From assembly GCA_951406725.2 (NCBI GenBank), contig OX597817.1, positions 126,604,001-126,668,000 on the forward strand: a stretch of DNA of 64,000 nt, read 5' to 3'. The notes below the pieces were generated by a model. That model was not told the DNA's origin and did no database searches. It saw only the letters and a list, made by a program, of their open reading frames with translations. Below are positions 14,683 through 26,695 of this stretch, piece by piece; position 1 is the first letter of the stretch; every line of letters starts with the position of its first letter. Made by a program: the position numbers and the translations under genes. The DNA is from Octopus vulgaris. Lineage: Eukaryota.

Positions 14683-16040
14683 CGTTCCCACTCGTGCCAC
14701 CTCAGACACACCAGAATATCCCCTTCAACCTAGCAAAAAGGATATGTACTATAGTTTCTAATGCAAACACCAGAGGCACATGACTACATGAACTAAAGGA
14801 TACACTCATCACCAGAAACTATCCCCTCTTTCACTAATTGACATATGCTTCCAACGTGACCTTCAACTCAACATCCACTAACTCAGACCTCCCAATTTAA
14901 AGAATGATTTACAACCAAGAGCCCTAACATATATCTCCACACACAACCTTCTTAACAATGAAGCCTTCGACACCATCCTTCAAAACATACCCCTGCTAAA
15001 AAAGGACCAAGTATGAACTCAATCCTCCAAACAATCACCATCATGAAAAGTGAGAGAGAAACCAAATCTATGAAAATTCTCCTAACGCAAGCCCGAATAC
15101 GCTCAACAGCAACACAGAAACCGTCAGTATAAAAGTGCGGAAGACCCAACTATGGGATATGCGCCAATTTAATTGAGGGATCAGAGTTCTGCTTCAAACG
15201 TGGACAACGTTTCACAGGTAAAAGTAGCTTCACATGTGCTTCGGAGAACCTGATATACGCACAAACCTGCTCTGGATGTCAAGAGCAATACATAGGCCAA
15301 ACAAATTTCAGTCTACGTAAAATTTTGGCTCTGCACAGATCCCAAATCAAAATTCCCTAAAACAGAAAAATAGCATTCAGCCAACACATTGACACTTGCG
15401 CCAATAATAAAAATCGAAGCTTCAGATTTTTTCCCATCTACAAATTCGGCAACCTGTTGCCAACGAATTAGTAAAGAGACTCTCCTTATTACAAAATACA
15501 GACCCCTTTGAACGCTTTTGCAACAAACGACACATCCACCACGGCCTTAGAATAACACAAACACACACGGAAATATTAAAAATAATACATTCAAGAGATT
15601 CCCAAGAACTAATTAAAAGAACTATCCCACTCACTGCTATAATCCTTAACGATTCAATTTTAGGTCACTTGACCATTTAACAGCTAACTACTATCATACC
15701 AGCAGCATTCCCTTTTCATTCTCCCTTCTCTTTCTCTTACTTCTTTATTTTCTTCCTCTCCGACATCTCCTTCCTAATGTTACCACTATTGCTGTTTAGA
15801 ATAACACCTACACAAATTATATAAACAATACATTCAAATGAGGTGACTGAAGTATTCAACCACTACTAACATCCACAACAAGTCACATTCTACCACTATC
15901 ATAGCACTCCCGCATTCTTCATCTTCTTCTGCTCCTCCTCCTCCTTCTTTTCTTCTTCTTCTTCTTCTTCTTCTTCTTCTTCTTCTTCTTCTTCTTCCTC
16001 TTCCTTGCCAAGAATGCACAACGACCACCAACCCACAACT
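14683..16040 (+). mobile_element. 5'-truncated, degenerate Neptune-like Penelope element (RT thumb, Cys-rich linker, GIY-YIG endonuclease, 3' repeat)
   Basis: Frameshifted translation: NIPFNLAKRICTIVS...TYISTHN...KCGRPNYGICANL...FTCASENLIYAQTCSGCQEQYIGQTNFSLRK...HRSQI...FSQHIDTC. Followed by a non-coding tail with (CTT)n. Confidence 0.85.
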
Positions 16041-16111
16041 TTTCACTGACTGAAACCGGTATTGAAATGTTTTTCATAAAATCATTGTAGCATTTTCTAC
16101 CTTGGCTTTTT

Positions 16112-16165
<54 letters not shown>

Positions 16166-16174
16166 ATAAATACA

Positions 16175-16674
16175 TTATTAGTTATCACCAAGCTAATATG
16201 GTAGTCCATAAATATAGGACGAAAGCTGCCGTTGCATAGCTCAAAAAGACCATTGCCTCTAGCTATATGACACCCGAACCTGTGTCCATTACAACCTTTG
16301 AACAGGGGAGGTCAGCCGCTTCCACTAGCTGGTCCGGCACGTGCAGACATGTTTCAGGGTATTTGTGCTTTATCAATGTAGAATATTCGAATCCAGCACA
16401 CGTCGCTTCGGACCATCTGTTCTAAGGATTATTTACCAAAATTCAGTGGAATACATCCACTGGTTTTCAAACATAGGAGCATATTTTTATTTCTAAGTCT
16501 CTCTAAAGGAGACTACGTCAGCGGTACTGGATATTGATAGTTATCGCCAAGGTAATATGGTAGTCCATAAATATAGGACGAAAGCTGCCGTTCATTAGTT
16601 CCAATAGGCCATCGCCTCTAGCTAGATATATGACACAGGAAACTGTGTCCATATGTTCGAAGGTTATATGTAAA

Positions 16675-16678
<4 letters not shown>
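16175..16678 (-). mobile_element. Retrozyme-like/PLE-type ~360-bp hammerhead repeat, locus 1 (~1.4 tandem units)
   Basis: GTTATC(A/G)CCAAG.TAATATGGTAGTCCATAAATATAGGACGAAAGCTGCCG recurs at 16181 and 16540 (period 359). Hammerhead-like motif on the minus strand at 16342-16381. Flanked by (TG/TA)n and (TA)n. Confidence 0.75.
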
Positions 16679-16753
<75 letters not shown>

Positions 16754-16980
16754 TACACACATATATATATATACACGTACATATATGCATACACATACAT
16801 ATATATACACGTACATATATATATACATACATATTTATATACACATACATATATATACACGTACGTATATATATACATACATATACATATATACACATAC
16901 ATATATATGCACATAAATATACATATATATATATATATATATACATGCAAAAACATACATATAGATATATTATATATGAT
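16678..16980. repeat. Compound (TA)n/(TACA)n microsatellite, representative of dozens across the window
   Basis: Direct reading. These arrays produce the YI/CV/HT-repeat ORFs in the track. Confidence 0.95.
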
Positions 16981-17321
16981 ATAAACATAACCCCACCATT
17001 TATTGATTTATATATATATATGTCTCTGTAATTTTATTCAACAGTTATTTACAGTACGCTTTCCTTGACCTACGAGCGTTTCCTGAAAAGAATGCTGTAA
17101 ATAACATTTTAATCAAATTATAGATATGGAAAATGTCGGCTCTACCTTTTCCACAATTATGCCATTTCATACTCTACAGAAAGTATGCAGTCCCGAATAA
17201 GGCACTCGTATTTACCAAAAGGAGAATTATTACCAAAGTTTAGCACATTCCAATTTAAGTGGAAACACGGTAACCGCCAGAATTATGTATCCCTTTAAAC
17301 TTTATATATACATATATGGAT

Positions 17322-17372
<51 letters not shown>

Positions 17373-17375
17373 TTA

Positions 17376-17421
<46 letters not shown>

Positions 17422-17425
17422 CATG

Positions 17426-17460
<35 letters not shown>

Positions 17461-19621
17461 ATACACATACATATTTATAAATGTATGTGCATATATTTAT
17501 ATGCGTATACATATATAAACACACACACATGTATGTATACACACACTAACGCTTATGTTTGTGCGTGTGTGTATGTGTAATAAAATAGTGACGACATGAG
17601 AAATATACCCAGAGGCTCAGACCTATAATCATACTAACGTGATGAATTTAATTAATGCAGTGATTCAGTGTAAATGTTTGTAACAGTAAAGGTGTGTATG
17701 GTAATTAGCATAGCATTGCAAATGTTGTTGATGACGCAGATGGTACTGGCTGTCAGTTGCGATAATTGCTATGAATAGCGATGATGACGATGGAAATGAT
17801 GATAATGATGTTGACAGATGTGGTGGTGTTGTTTCTGTTGATGGTGACAGTAACATTTGTTACTGGTGGTTGCTTTAATTAGAATGGTATTTAATCTTTA
17901 TGGTTTTGTCAGCGTTGCATGTGCAAAACTTGGAGCTGGTACCTGTTATATCGTTTTCCGAATGTACAGTCCCAAACAGAGAGTATTATATACTCAAACG
18001 GGTATCCCTTCTTAGCAGAAAATGTGATAACATACGCATATCACAGCTGGTGATAACATATGCACACACACTCACGTACTCTTGCTCACGTGCAAAAGCG
18101 AAAAGAGCCATCTGACATATACACACGCATACATACATACATACATACATTCATACATACATTCACGCGGGGAACTACACAAGTGTACACTGACACCACA
18201 CGGATGGAAAGGGTCATTCACGAGATGACAGAGTGCATACACAAATATGGAAGCGAACACACTTATATACAATCCAACATACACTCATACATAGATATCT
18301 TAATGCGTACCGTAGATATAAATGCCAACAGATAATCACGCACTTAAAAAACACACGTAACAAACTGTACAGTCATACAAGCATTTGTGCTCAGAAGGAA
18401 CGTACACTACTCCATGTAAGATCAGAAATATAAGTATCAAATTATCTGCATATTTGGCGATGAAGATAACATGGAATGTAACTGTTGTTCTGTCTGTCTG
18501 TCTCACTCTCACTCACTCTCTCTCTCTCTCTCCCTCTCTCTCTACCTTGCACTAGTTTCCTATCAGTCTATCTACTTGGTATTTGCCAATGACAAAACCC
18601 TTCTAGGAAATGCCAATTATCAACATCAGGGTGACCAAGAAAACCCTTCTAGGAAATGTCAGTTATTCAACATCACAATAACCATGAAAAGAGGATGACT
18701 ATATATGCTCATGGATGTCTAAATTTTAATAAATTACATCATTGTAACTTCACTTTTCACATTGCAACTTCATAAGTTGTAAAGATCGGAGTATTTGAAT
18801 GAAGACATCTTCACATATGTACGTAAACCCCTCCATAAGAAACTTGTTAATTTTCATTTTCACAAAACCTTGCGAAATCATATTCGCTCATGTAAATTTC
18901 AAAGCAGATATGATTTATTTTGCAAAATTTTATTTCAGCCCTCAATCTGGTAAATAATATATTTAGTAAGTACTTTGGAAACACGGGAAATAGATATTGG
19001 ATATTATTGTAACGGTAAGTATTTGATTAATTATTAATCACTAACCGTCGTTTGGGTGAATAATTAAAAACTTTTGTAAATGTTAGATGTCTGATATTGC
19101 AATATCCTTAATCACTTCTTTCACTTAGGGAAAGATTCAATTTAACGAAATAAAGTATTTCTTTTGTACATACGTTCGCGACAGTAGAATTTTAGAAACA
19201 ATAATTTCATGGGAATAAATGATTTAATAAGGGGGAACAAATGCAAATATTGTTAGGATTTCAGTATGTATCTATTATCCCAATTTACTTTCTGCATAAA
19301 CCAATTTCCTGAAACCTTTTAAGCATGAATATGCAACTCTAGCAACTTTAAACTCATCAGCATTTATCACAATGAATACACTTTTATACGACAGTTATAT
19401 ATTCAAACTTTTATTCATGATACCATGTGAAGGGAATACGAGTTCATTTACGATTACTTAGTATCACTCACTTCCATTAAATTTCTATCATTCTCATGCT
19501 TTATTATTTTCTCGAAAACATTTTATGATAGGGTGTAAGCAAATGCAATCGTCATACCAATAAGATGAAAATTACAGATTTACTCAATGTGCATGTAGAA
19601 TGAACTAACAGTGATAGAGAC

Positions 19622-19907
19622 CGGTTGTTCCCAACCCTTTTATTAAAATAAGTTTTATCACAGATCTCTCTTAATAGACTTGTCCTTATATATATGTATA
19701 TATATATATATATGTGTGTGTAAATATGTATGTATGTATGTATGCATGTATGTATGTATGTATGCATGTATGTATGTATGTATGTATGTATGTATGCATA
19801 TATATATATATATATATATATATGAAAATTTGAACTTAGTTCACGAACCCCCAGTACTACTTCTGCGGACCAGCTGGATTTCGTGGATCCCAGGTTGGGA
19901 ACCACTG
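19622..19907. mobile_element. hAT-Charlie-type MITE with internal microsatellite
   Basis: TIRs CGGTTGTTCCCAACC and GGTTGGGAACCACTG (Charlie-like consensus CAGTGGTTCCCAAC). Degenerate 8-bp TSD ATAGAGAC / ATATGGAC. Confidence 0.7.
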
Positions 19908-20315
19908 ATATGGACGATAAAAGAGTATATCTTGCACCTCAAGAAATAAAGATCTCTATCTCATAATGATACACATACACACACACACTTATACACACAC
20001 ACACACAGACACACAAACAAAGAAAATAGGTGATAGCTGCAATAGCAGAAGCTGTACATTTTGTTCTTAATTTCTCAATGAAATAGCACGACTCAATTAG
20101 CTGAGAGAATATTCATGGCCTTGTATTTGTTTTGCTTGACTCAGGCATCGGATTCCAGCCCTGATATGTCTCTGCCTTGGAGTGATTAGTTGAATAAATC
20201 GACCCCACTAGACCTTTTTGTCTCGTACTTATCCTTTCGATATCTTACCAAACTTCTAATTTATCGGAACGTAAGTAAGTCCACACCGGTTTTCAATTAG
20301 TCTCAAGGGAGGTCA

Positions 20316-20811
20316 GAAGGTTTTTAATGGACGCAGGTTCGTGTGTCAAATAGCTAGCTTGAGGCGGTGGCCTCATGGAGATAACCAGCGACAGCTTTAG
20401 TCTTATATTTATAAGACTGCCATATTAGTATGGCGATAACTATTAATTTCCAGTAACGCTGCCGTAATCCCCTTTAGAGAGACTTAGTAATTTTAATAGT
20501 TCTATTATTGAAAACAAGTGGATGTATTCCACTGAAACTAGGTAAATAAAGCCTTCGAACTGGGACGATCAGTAGCGACACCTGCAAGTCTGACTACGCT
20601 GCATTGATAAGGGGCAACAACCCTGAAACGTCGTCTGTAGATGTCTAACAGGCAGGATGAAGCGGCCGACCTCCCTTGTTCGAAGATTTGTAATGGACGC
20701 AGGTTCGTGTGTCAAATAGCTAGCGTGAGGCGGTGGCCTCATGGAGCTAACCAGCGACAGCTTTAGTCTTATATTTATAAGACTGCCATATTAGTATGGC
20801 GATAACTATTA

Positions 20812-20813
<2 letters not shown>
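20316..20813 (+). mobile_element. Retrozyme-like ~365-bp hammerhead repeat, locus 2 (~1.35 tandem units)
   Basis: AATGGACGCAGGTTCGTGTGTCAAATAGCTAGC...GGCGATAACTATTAAT recurs at 20326 and 20692 (period 366). Homologous to the reverse complement of locus 1. Ends in (TA)n. Confidence 0.8.
20599..20640 (+). ncRNA. Minimal type I hammerhead ribozyme with U3-A8 covariant core
   Basis: CTGCA (stem I) TTGATAA (core) GGGG-caacaa-CCCT (stem II) GAAAC-gtc-GTC^ TGTAG (stem I'). The canonical C3-G8 pair is replaced by U3-A8. Confidence 0.7.
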
Positions 20814-20852
<39 letters not shown>

Positions 20853-22920
20853 TGTGTGTGTGTTTGTGTGTATGTGTGTATGTGTATATATGTGTGCGTG
20901 TGTGTGTGTTTGTGTATACACACATATCGGACTCTCTCGCTGCTCCCGTAAGTACGAAATTCATTAAAAATCTCTCATTTTGGGGGCATTTGCCAAAGAG
21001 GCCGCACTGAATCCGAGACCATGTGATTGCAAACGAATCTTTCTTACTATCCAACCATGCCCACACCGATAGGTAAGTTTTATTCATGCATCCATTTGTA
21101 GCCAAAATATTTATGTTATATGCATACGTCAAGGTTTCAGCTTACAACCACGCATTTGCAGTGAACCTAGGTATTAATCAGCAAAAAGTTTGGAAACGAA
21201 ACAAAATTATTGTCATTTGTTCATGTTAAAACAAACAGAAAATGAAATTTTCAATTCTTTTTCCACTATGGTTTGTCCCTTTATTACATACATAGCACAA
21301 AACACAGAGTGTAATTATGGAATAAATTAGCATCATAAAGCTCTATTTTATATATTAAAACTATATGATATTCGGTTCCCCAAGAACAATTTAGCGATAT
21401 AAAATTGTCTTCAGATAGCTAGAATTAATATAGAACAATTTTTTACAAGTATGTTTACGGTTACCTACACATATATTTTATTTCCCTTATCTGGATAGTT
21501 GTTTTAGCTATTCGCAATATTTGAAATGACATTTCTGACGTGGACATCAATATTCAATAAATATTATTTTCCCAGTTTTCATCTACATGCATTGCAATTC
21601 AACGAATGTGATTTTATTGTAAACTGGTATTTTCTTTATCTATTATTCCCCATTGACTTTTATATTAACTTATAAAAGTTCCTTTGTATTTCTCTTTTTT
21701 TCTATTACATATGTCGGATGATTATGTGCAGAAATCTAGTGATTTATATATTAAATGCAAAACTAATGTTTTCCTTGTTCCTTCTAATGTTTCTACCCAT
21801 AGTTATAGAATTAAAGGAAACCTTTATTTCAGATTCCACGGGAATATGCATGTCCATGACAAAGCATTTTTCTGAAACGGTTGTGTTCTATGGTACATAT
21901 TATATTAGAAAATAAATATAAACAGGACAGTTTCTAAAAATACTGGCGAAATAAAATGTAAACTATCACTTTCGGAGTTATAAGACGAGGAAACTACGAT
22001 CAATATATCGAATATTACAGCTTCTGTTAATGCCTATTTTTCTTTTAAAATCAAATTTTATAACAAACATGTTACTTATACGACAATGCAAATCAAATTT
22101 ATTTAATTTTCACTAAACATAAATCTCGGACAACTCAAGACAAAAATGTTTAATTTAAATGTTAATGAAAAAATTATATGATAGCATAGTACTTTCATTT
22201 ATCCTAGTGTAGAATTTATTTTCTTAAGTTAAGCAGAAAATGGCACATATGTAGGTTATGTGTAATTTATAAATAAGAAAAATACTATAACTGAAATGGA
22301 AATGCAGGTATGACTTTAAATTTACAAAAATATAAAATGCATATAGGTTTTAAATGCGGTTCAGGAGCATTTTTTCTCCAGATGGTTTGTCTAATGAAAA
22401 CATGTTTTTTTTGATAACCCGAAAACTCTTATATTTTCATTATTAGTATATAAACAGCGATACTAATAAACTCCACTTCGTTTTCAATTATTTTCTCAGT
22501 GAGTGTTAGTTTGGTAACTGCCATATCTGCCGGTGATAATGTCTCTTTTCTGGTGTTCCCGATGTATCTAACACTGAAGAATATTTTCCATAACATCAAC
22601 ATATAGTTCACATATGTTCATATATTTACTTCCATGCTAACCTTTCTATTCTCTCGAGCATAATCAAATAAGCTTCGAGTCGTGACTTTGAGTGCGCCTA
22701 TCGCAAAATTGCAGCAAAAGTTATGGAATATTTTTCGACTTATATTTCAGAAACTCTGATATATCAGATTCTCTTATGATTTTTGATGTTCTTCGTTTCC
22801 ATTAGCTTGTAACTTTTGTAGTTACTTATAGGTTTCCATATCATTTAGAAGTCCATAACAATGACATATATATATATATAATTATTTGAGGGAATATCAT
22901 ATATATATATATATATATAT

Positions 22921-23128
22921 TTCTTTACTACCCACAAGGGGCTAATCACACAGGGGATAATCAAGGACAGACAAACGGATTAAGTCGATTACATCGACCC
23001 CAGTGCGTTACTGGTACGTAATTTATCGAACCCGAAAGGATAAAAGGTAAAGTCGACCTCGGCGGAATTTGAACTCAGAACGTAACGGCAGACGAAATAC
23101 GGGTACGCATTTCGCCCGGCGTGCTAAC

Positions 23129-23130
<2 letters not shown>
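22921..23130 (-). mobile_element. Same SINE family, 5'-truncated copy
   Basis: Highly similar to 25058-25268, flanked by (TA)n. Confidence 0.85.
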
Positions 23131-23164
<34 letters not shown>

Positions 23165-24673
23165 CTATATATATAGTTATATATATAACTATATATATAT
23201 ATATAACAAAGTGGAGTTGTAGGGCACCACACGAGTGGAATTATATACGAAAGAAGGTTTGAATATGCAATTTTAAAAGATGCTTTTTTAGTTTACCGGT
23301 TACACTCTTTGGAAAAAGATTGTCAAAAGTAACATGTAGAAGTTTGGTTGCGTTAATAATCGGTCGTATATGTATGTATGTATGTATGTATGTATATGTA
23401 TATGTATATATGTATGTATATGTGTGTGTGCGCGCGTAGTGTGTTTATGTGAAAAGTGATAGAAGAGAAGCTACTGCAAGCAGAGAAGAGATAGATATCA
23501 ATGCGATGGAGGAAAGATCGAAATTTTAAATTCCAAGCTCTGATCCAATGAGAACTTAGCAGAATCAGACAACAACACTGAAAGAAAAGCAAGATTCGAA
23601 ACGATATCAAAGTCAAAGACAAAAGACTGGCAACAGTTGAACACTTAGATCAGCCGTAACATCATATTTATATCCTGTAAATATATTAACGCCTCATAAA
23701 TTTCTTCCTTAAAGCTATGATTGCTTGCTCCTCATTTCTCATACGTACATACATACATACATTCATACATAGTAACATACATAAATACATACATAACAAG
23801 ATTTTATCCTACTATGCATTTGCAGTAAAAATGTTGTTTGCAGTAGTTGGGATATTTCACTGGACTGTAAAAGAAATCCACTTCATAGACATCAAAACAT
23901 GCCAAATAGTGACATCAACTGGAAATCACAAAAATATCGATATCAATAGTCTCTGCCTAAGAAGAAGTAAGATTATAGTGATTTGTACTCTTGAGAACAT
24001 TGAAGACAACTTTAAAATTTACTACAGTCTATCTTCGACATTAGATATATGAGCGCGTATAACATAGCCCGCATACATATCAAACAGATTTGGATGATTG
24101 GTGCAAGAATTCATTCACCTCTGGTTTATAACTGCAACACATCGATGTCCTAATTCAGTGGATAGCTGTAATGTTCCAAATATGACGACGCAAAGATAGA
24201 TCTACGTAAAAGCCAGAAAGCTTATGAAGCAACATACATAAATTCGCTTCAGGCATGTCAGATGATTCTCTGGAAACTGTTTTCACTGCCTAAAGCGGAA
24301 CAGATCATACATACAATTTATATCAACAGGCAGCAGTATTAATTTGATGCTAACACAATAATGCCGCGTTTGGTATTTGTGCCAATGGTATTAATTCATA
24401 CAGTTTCTATTACATGAAAATTAATTTCGGAAAGACAGAATGTTTTGTTAAGAAATAATTATGGTCAAATCGGACAAAACTGAGCAGTGTTGTAGAATAT
24501 GTGATCACTGCATATAAAGTTGCCCAACAATGTTTTAAAAATAAATCGTACATCCTAATCAAAGGAAAATGATAATTTGTTTAATTCCATTACGGAAAAA
24601 AATATTTCTTTTATCATTCTTGAAGCATAGGTGCATGCGTTAGTAAAACATGTATATATATATATATATATAT

Positions 24674-24713
<40 letters not shown>

Positions 24714-24714
24714 G

Positions 24715-24752
<38 letters not shown>

Positions 24753-25057
24753 TACATGATATATATATATATACATCATATATATATATGCATGCATATA
24801 TGTATGCATATGTGTATGTATATATATATACAAAGTAAATTTAGAATACGGACTTGTTCTCTACAAATGGGTTCGGTGTGTATTGTCGCGCATTCATCAT
24901 ATATACGGAATAATTATAGTAATATGCTTAGATTATTAATCCTTCGGCACATACGTTGTAAAGTAAAAGGTACTCAAACCTCATCCTAGCTTTACACTTC
25001 TAGTCGGCCGGAAAAAAACTTACTGAAAAAAATTCCTTTTATCATACCATATATATA

Positions 25058-25287
25058 TTTCTTTACTACCCACAAGGGGCTAAACACAGAGGGGACAATC
25101 AAGGACAGACAAACGGATTAAGTCGATTACATCGACCCCAGTGCGTAACTGGTACTTAATTTATCGACCCCGAAAGGATGAAAGGCAAAGCCGACATCGG
25201 CGGAATTTGAACTCAGAACGTAACGGCAGACGAAATACGGCTACGCATTTCGCCCGGCGCGCTAACGTTCTGCCAGCCATCCGCCTT
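25058..25287 (-). mobile_element. tRNA-derived SINE (Meta-domain-like), young full-length copy
   Basis: Minus strand AAGGCGG..GCTGGCAGAAC (A box) ...TGAGTTCAAATTCC (B box), then GCCTTTCATCCTTTCGGGGTCGATAAATTAAGTACCAG. Near-identical to 22921-23130. Confidence 0.85.
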
Positions 25288-26511
25288 ATACTGTTCAAAT
25301 ATTAAGCATATGCTGTAGATGCTTATATCCTCTTGTCAAATTATTCATTCTAAATAAAATCCCTCGACCTAAATTAATGCTGTGAATTTCCAATGCTTCT
25401 GCTAAAATATTTCAGGCCAGGGTCCATTTTTGTACACCGGTCAAAAATGGACGTAATTTGATTACGACTGCATTTAGTTAGTGTTTCAATAGATGTCCTA
25501 AGTAGTGATTTAGTATAACCAATAGAACACAGAACCATTGTTTTGCAGTGTTTTTCCCGATTTATATCATATTTTCCCAGTCTGAGTAAAAATTATGTTG
25601 AGTTTAAACTTGCCCTTCATGTAATAAATTATCATTTACTTGATTAGTTTATGATGTCTTCCGTTCTTTAATTCGCCCTTTTATAGTTAAAACATTCAAG
25701 AGACGACACCGGTCGTTTGACGTCTACTCCATGTACTCGGTAATTTACTGTGTGATATTAATATGGGACAAAAGCTCTCACATTATGTGTATAATAAATA
25801 AAAAATTTTGAAACATATTTCGTAGGAAATTATCTTATGATACAGTAGATCGGATAGTTGAAAGAACAACAAACTTAGTAAATTAGAGGAGGGTAAATGA
25901 AATGACAGAAAAGAGTAAACACTTCCGATACAATTTAAACAATAGGTAATCATATAAGAAATGACGGTATTACAAAATGTAAAGGCAAAGATAGGAAAAT
26001 AATTACGTTTGTGTAAAACATTGACAAAAATTTTGTCTTTTCTCTTAAATATATGCGACTTAAATTTAATAATGTATTTAGGTTGTCCTACACTTATTTG
26101 TAAACATTATTTATACAAATAAAAATACAAAAGATGTATCTACATCTTTTGGCTGTAAATTCTCACACCCATAATTACGTTTGGTAAATTCAAAAGAAAT
26201 GTGAAAAATAACAGATAGAAAACGTTTGAATATTCCTAGCTGTCAAAACAGAAAAACAGGGTGAAAAACTACTGAGGAAGTAATTTAGAAAACAATCAAT
26301 GAACCAATAAACTTAAATGATCGAGAAGAGGAGACATTGGCTGATGAAGCAAAAGAAAGAAATAAAGAAAGAGAGACAGACGGCCGGAAAGAAATATAGT
26401 AACTGAGGTGAGAAAAATTCTGAACGACATAATATTAGAAATGTAGTTTGGATTCTGTATTAGTAATTATAACATTTAAAAAATCCGAAAGATTATGGCA
26501 TTTAAAAAAGA

Positions 26512-26695
26512 ACCGTGGAACAAGCTGCCAGACGACATGGTGAAGATGCCGACGACCGCTTTGTTCAAAGTCTCCCTTGACCTCAAGTGGCCTGAACTCT
26601 TTACATGAACACCACCCTGTACTTAACTCCATGTCCCCCTACGTGGCCTTGCTATTTGCTTTTGAGCCAAAAATTAACTAACTAACTCACTAACA
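26512..26695 (+). mobile_element. Short 3' end of the same CR1 family
   Basis: GTGGAACAAGCTGCCAGACG...TCTCCCTTGACCTCAAGTGGCCTGAACTCTTTACATGAACACCACCC...AATTAACTAACTAAC is the reverse complement of 34297-34475. Confidence 0.85.

Noticed and set aside
16175-16678. Direct repeats read as LTRs or a CRISPR-like array
   Set aside because: No TG..CA termini, PBS/PPT or internal ORF, and no short repeat-spacer periodicity; better explained as a partial tandem of a 360-bp unit.
18592-18676. Short tandem duplication AAAACCCTTCTAGGAAATG (a similar case at 49405-49480)
   Set aside because: Two-copy local slippage duplications without further structure.
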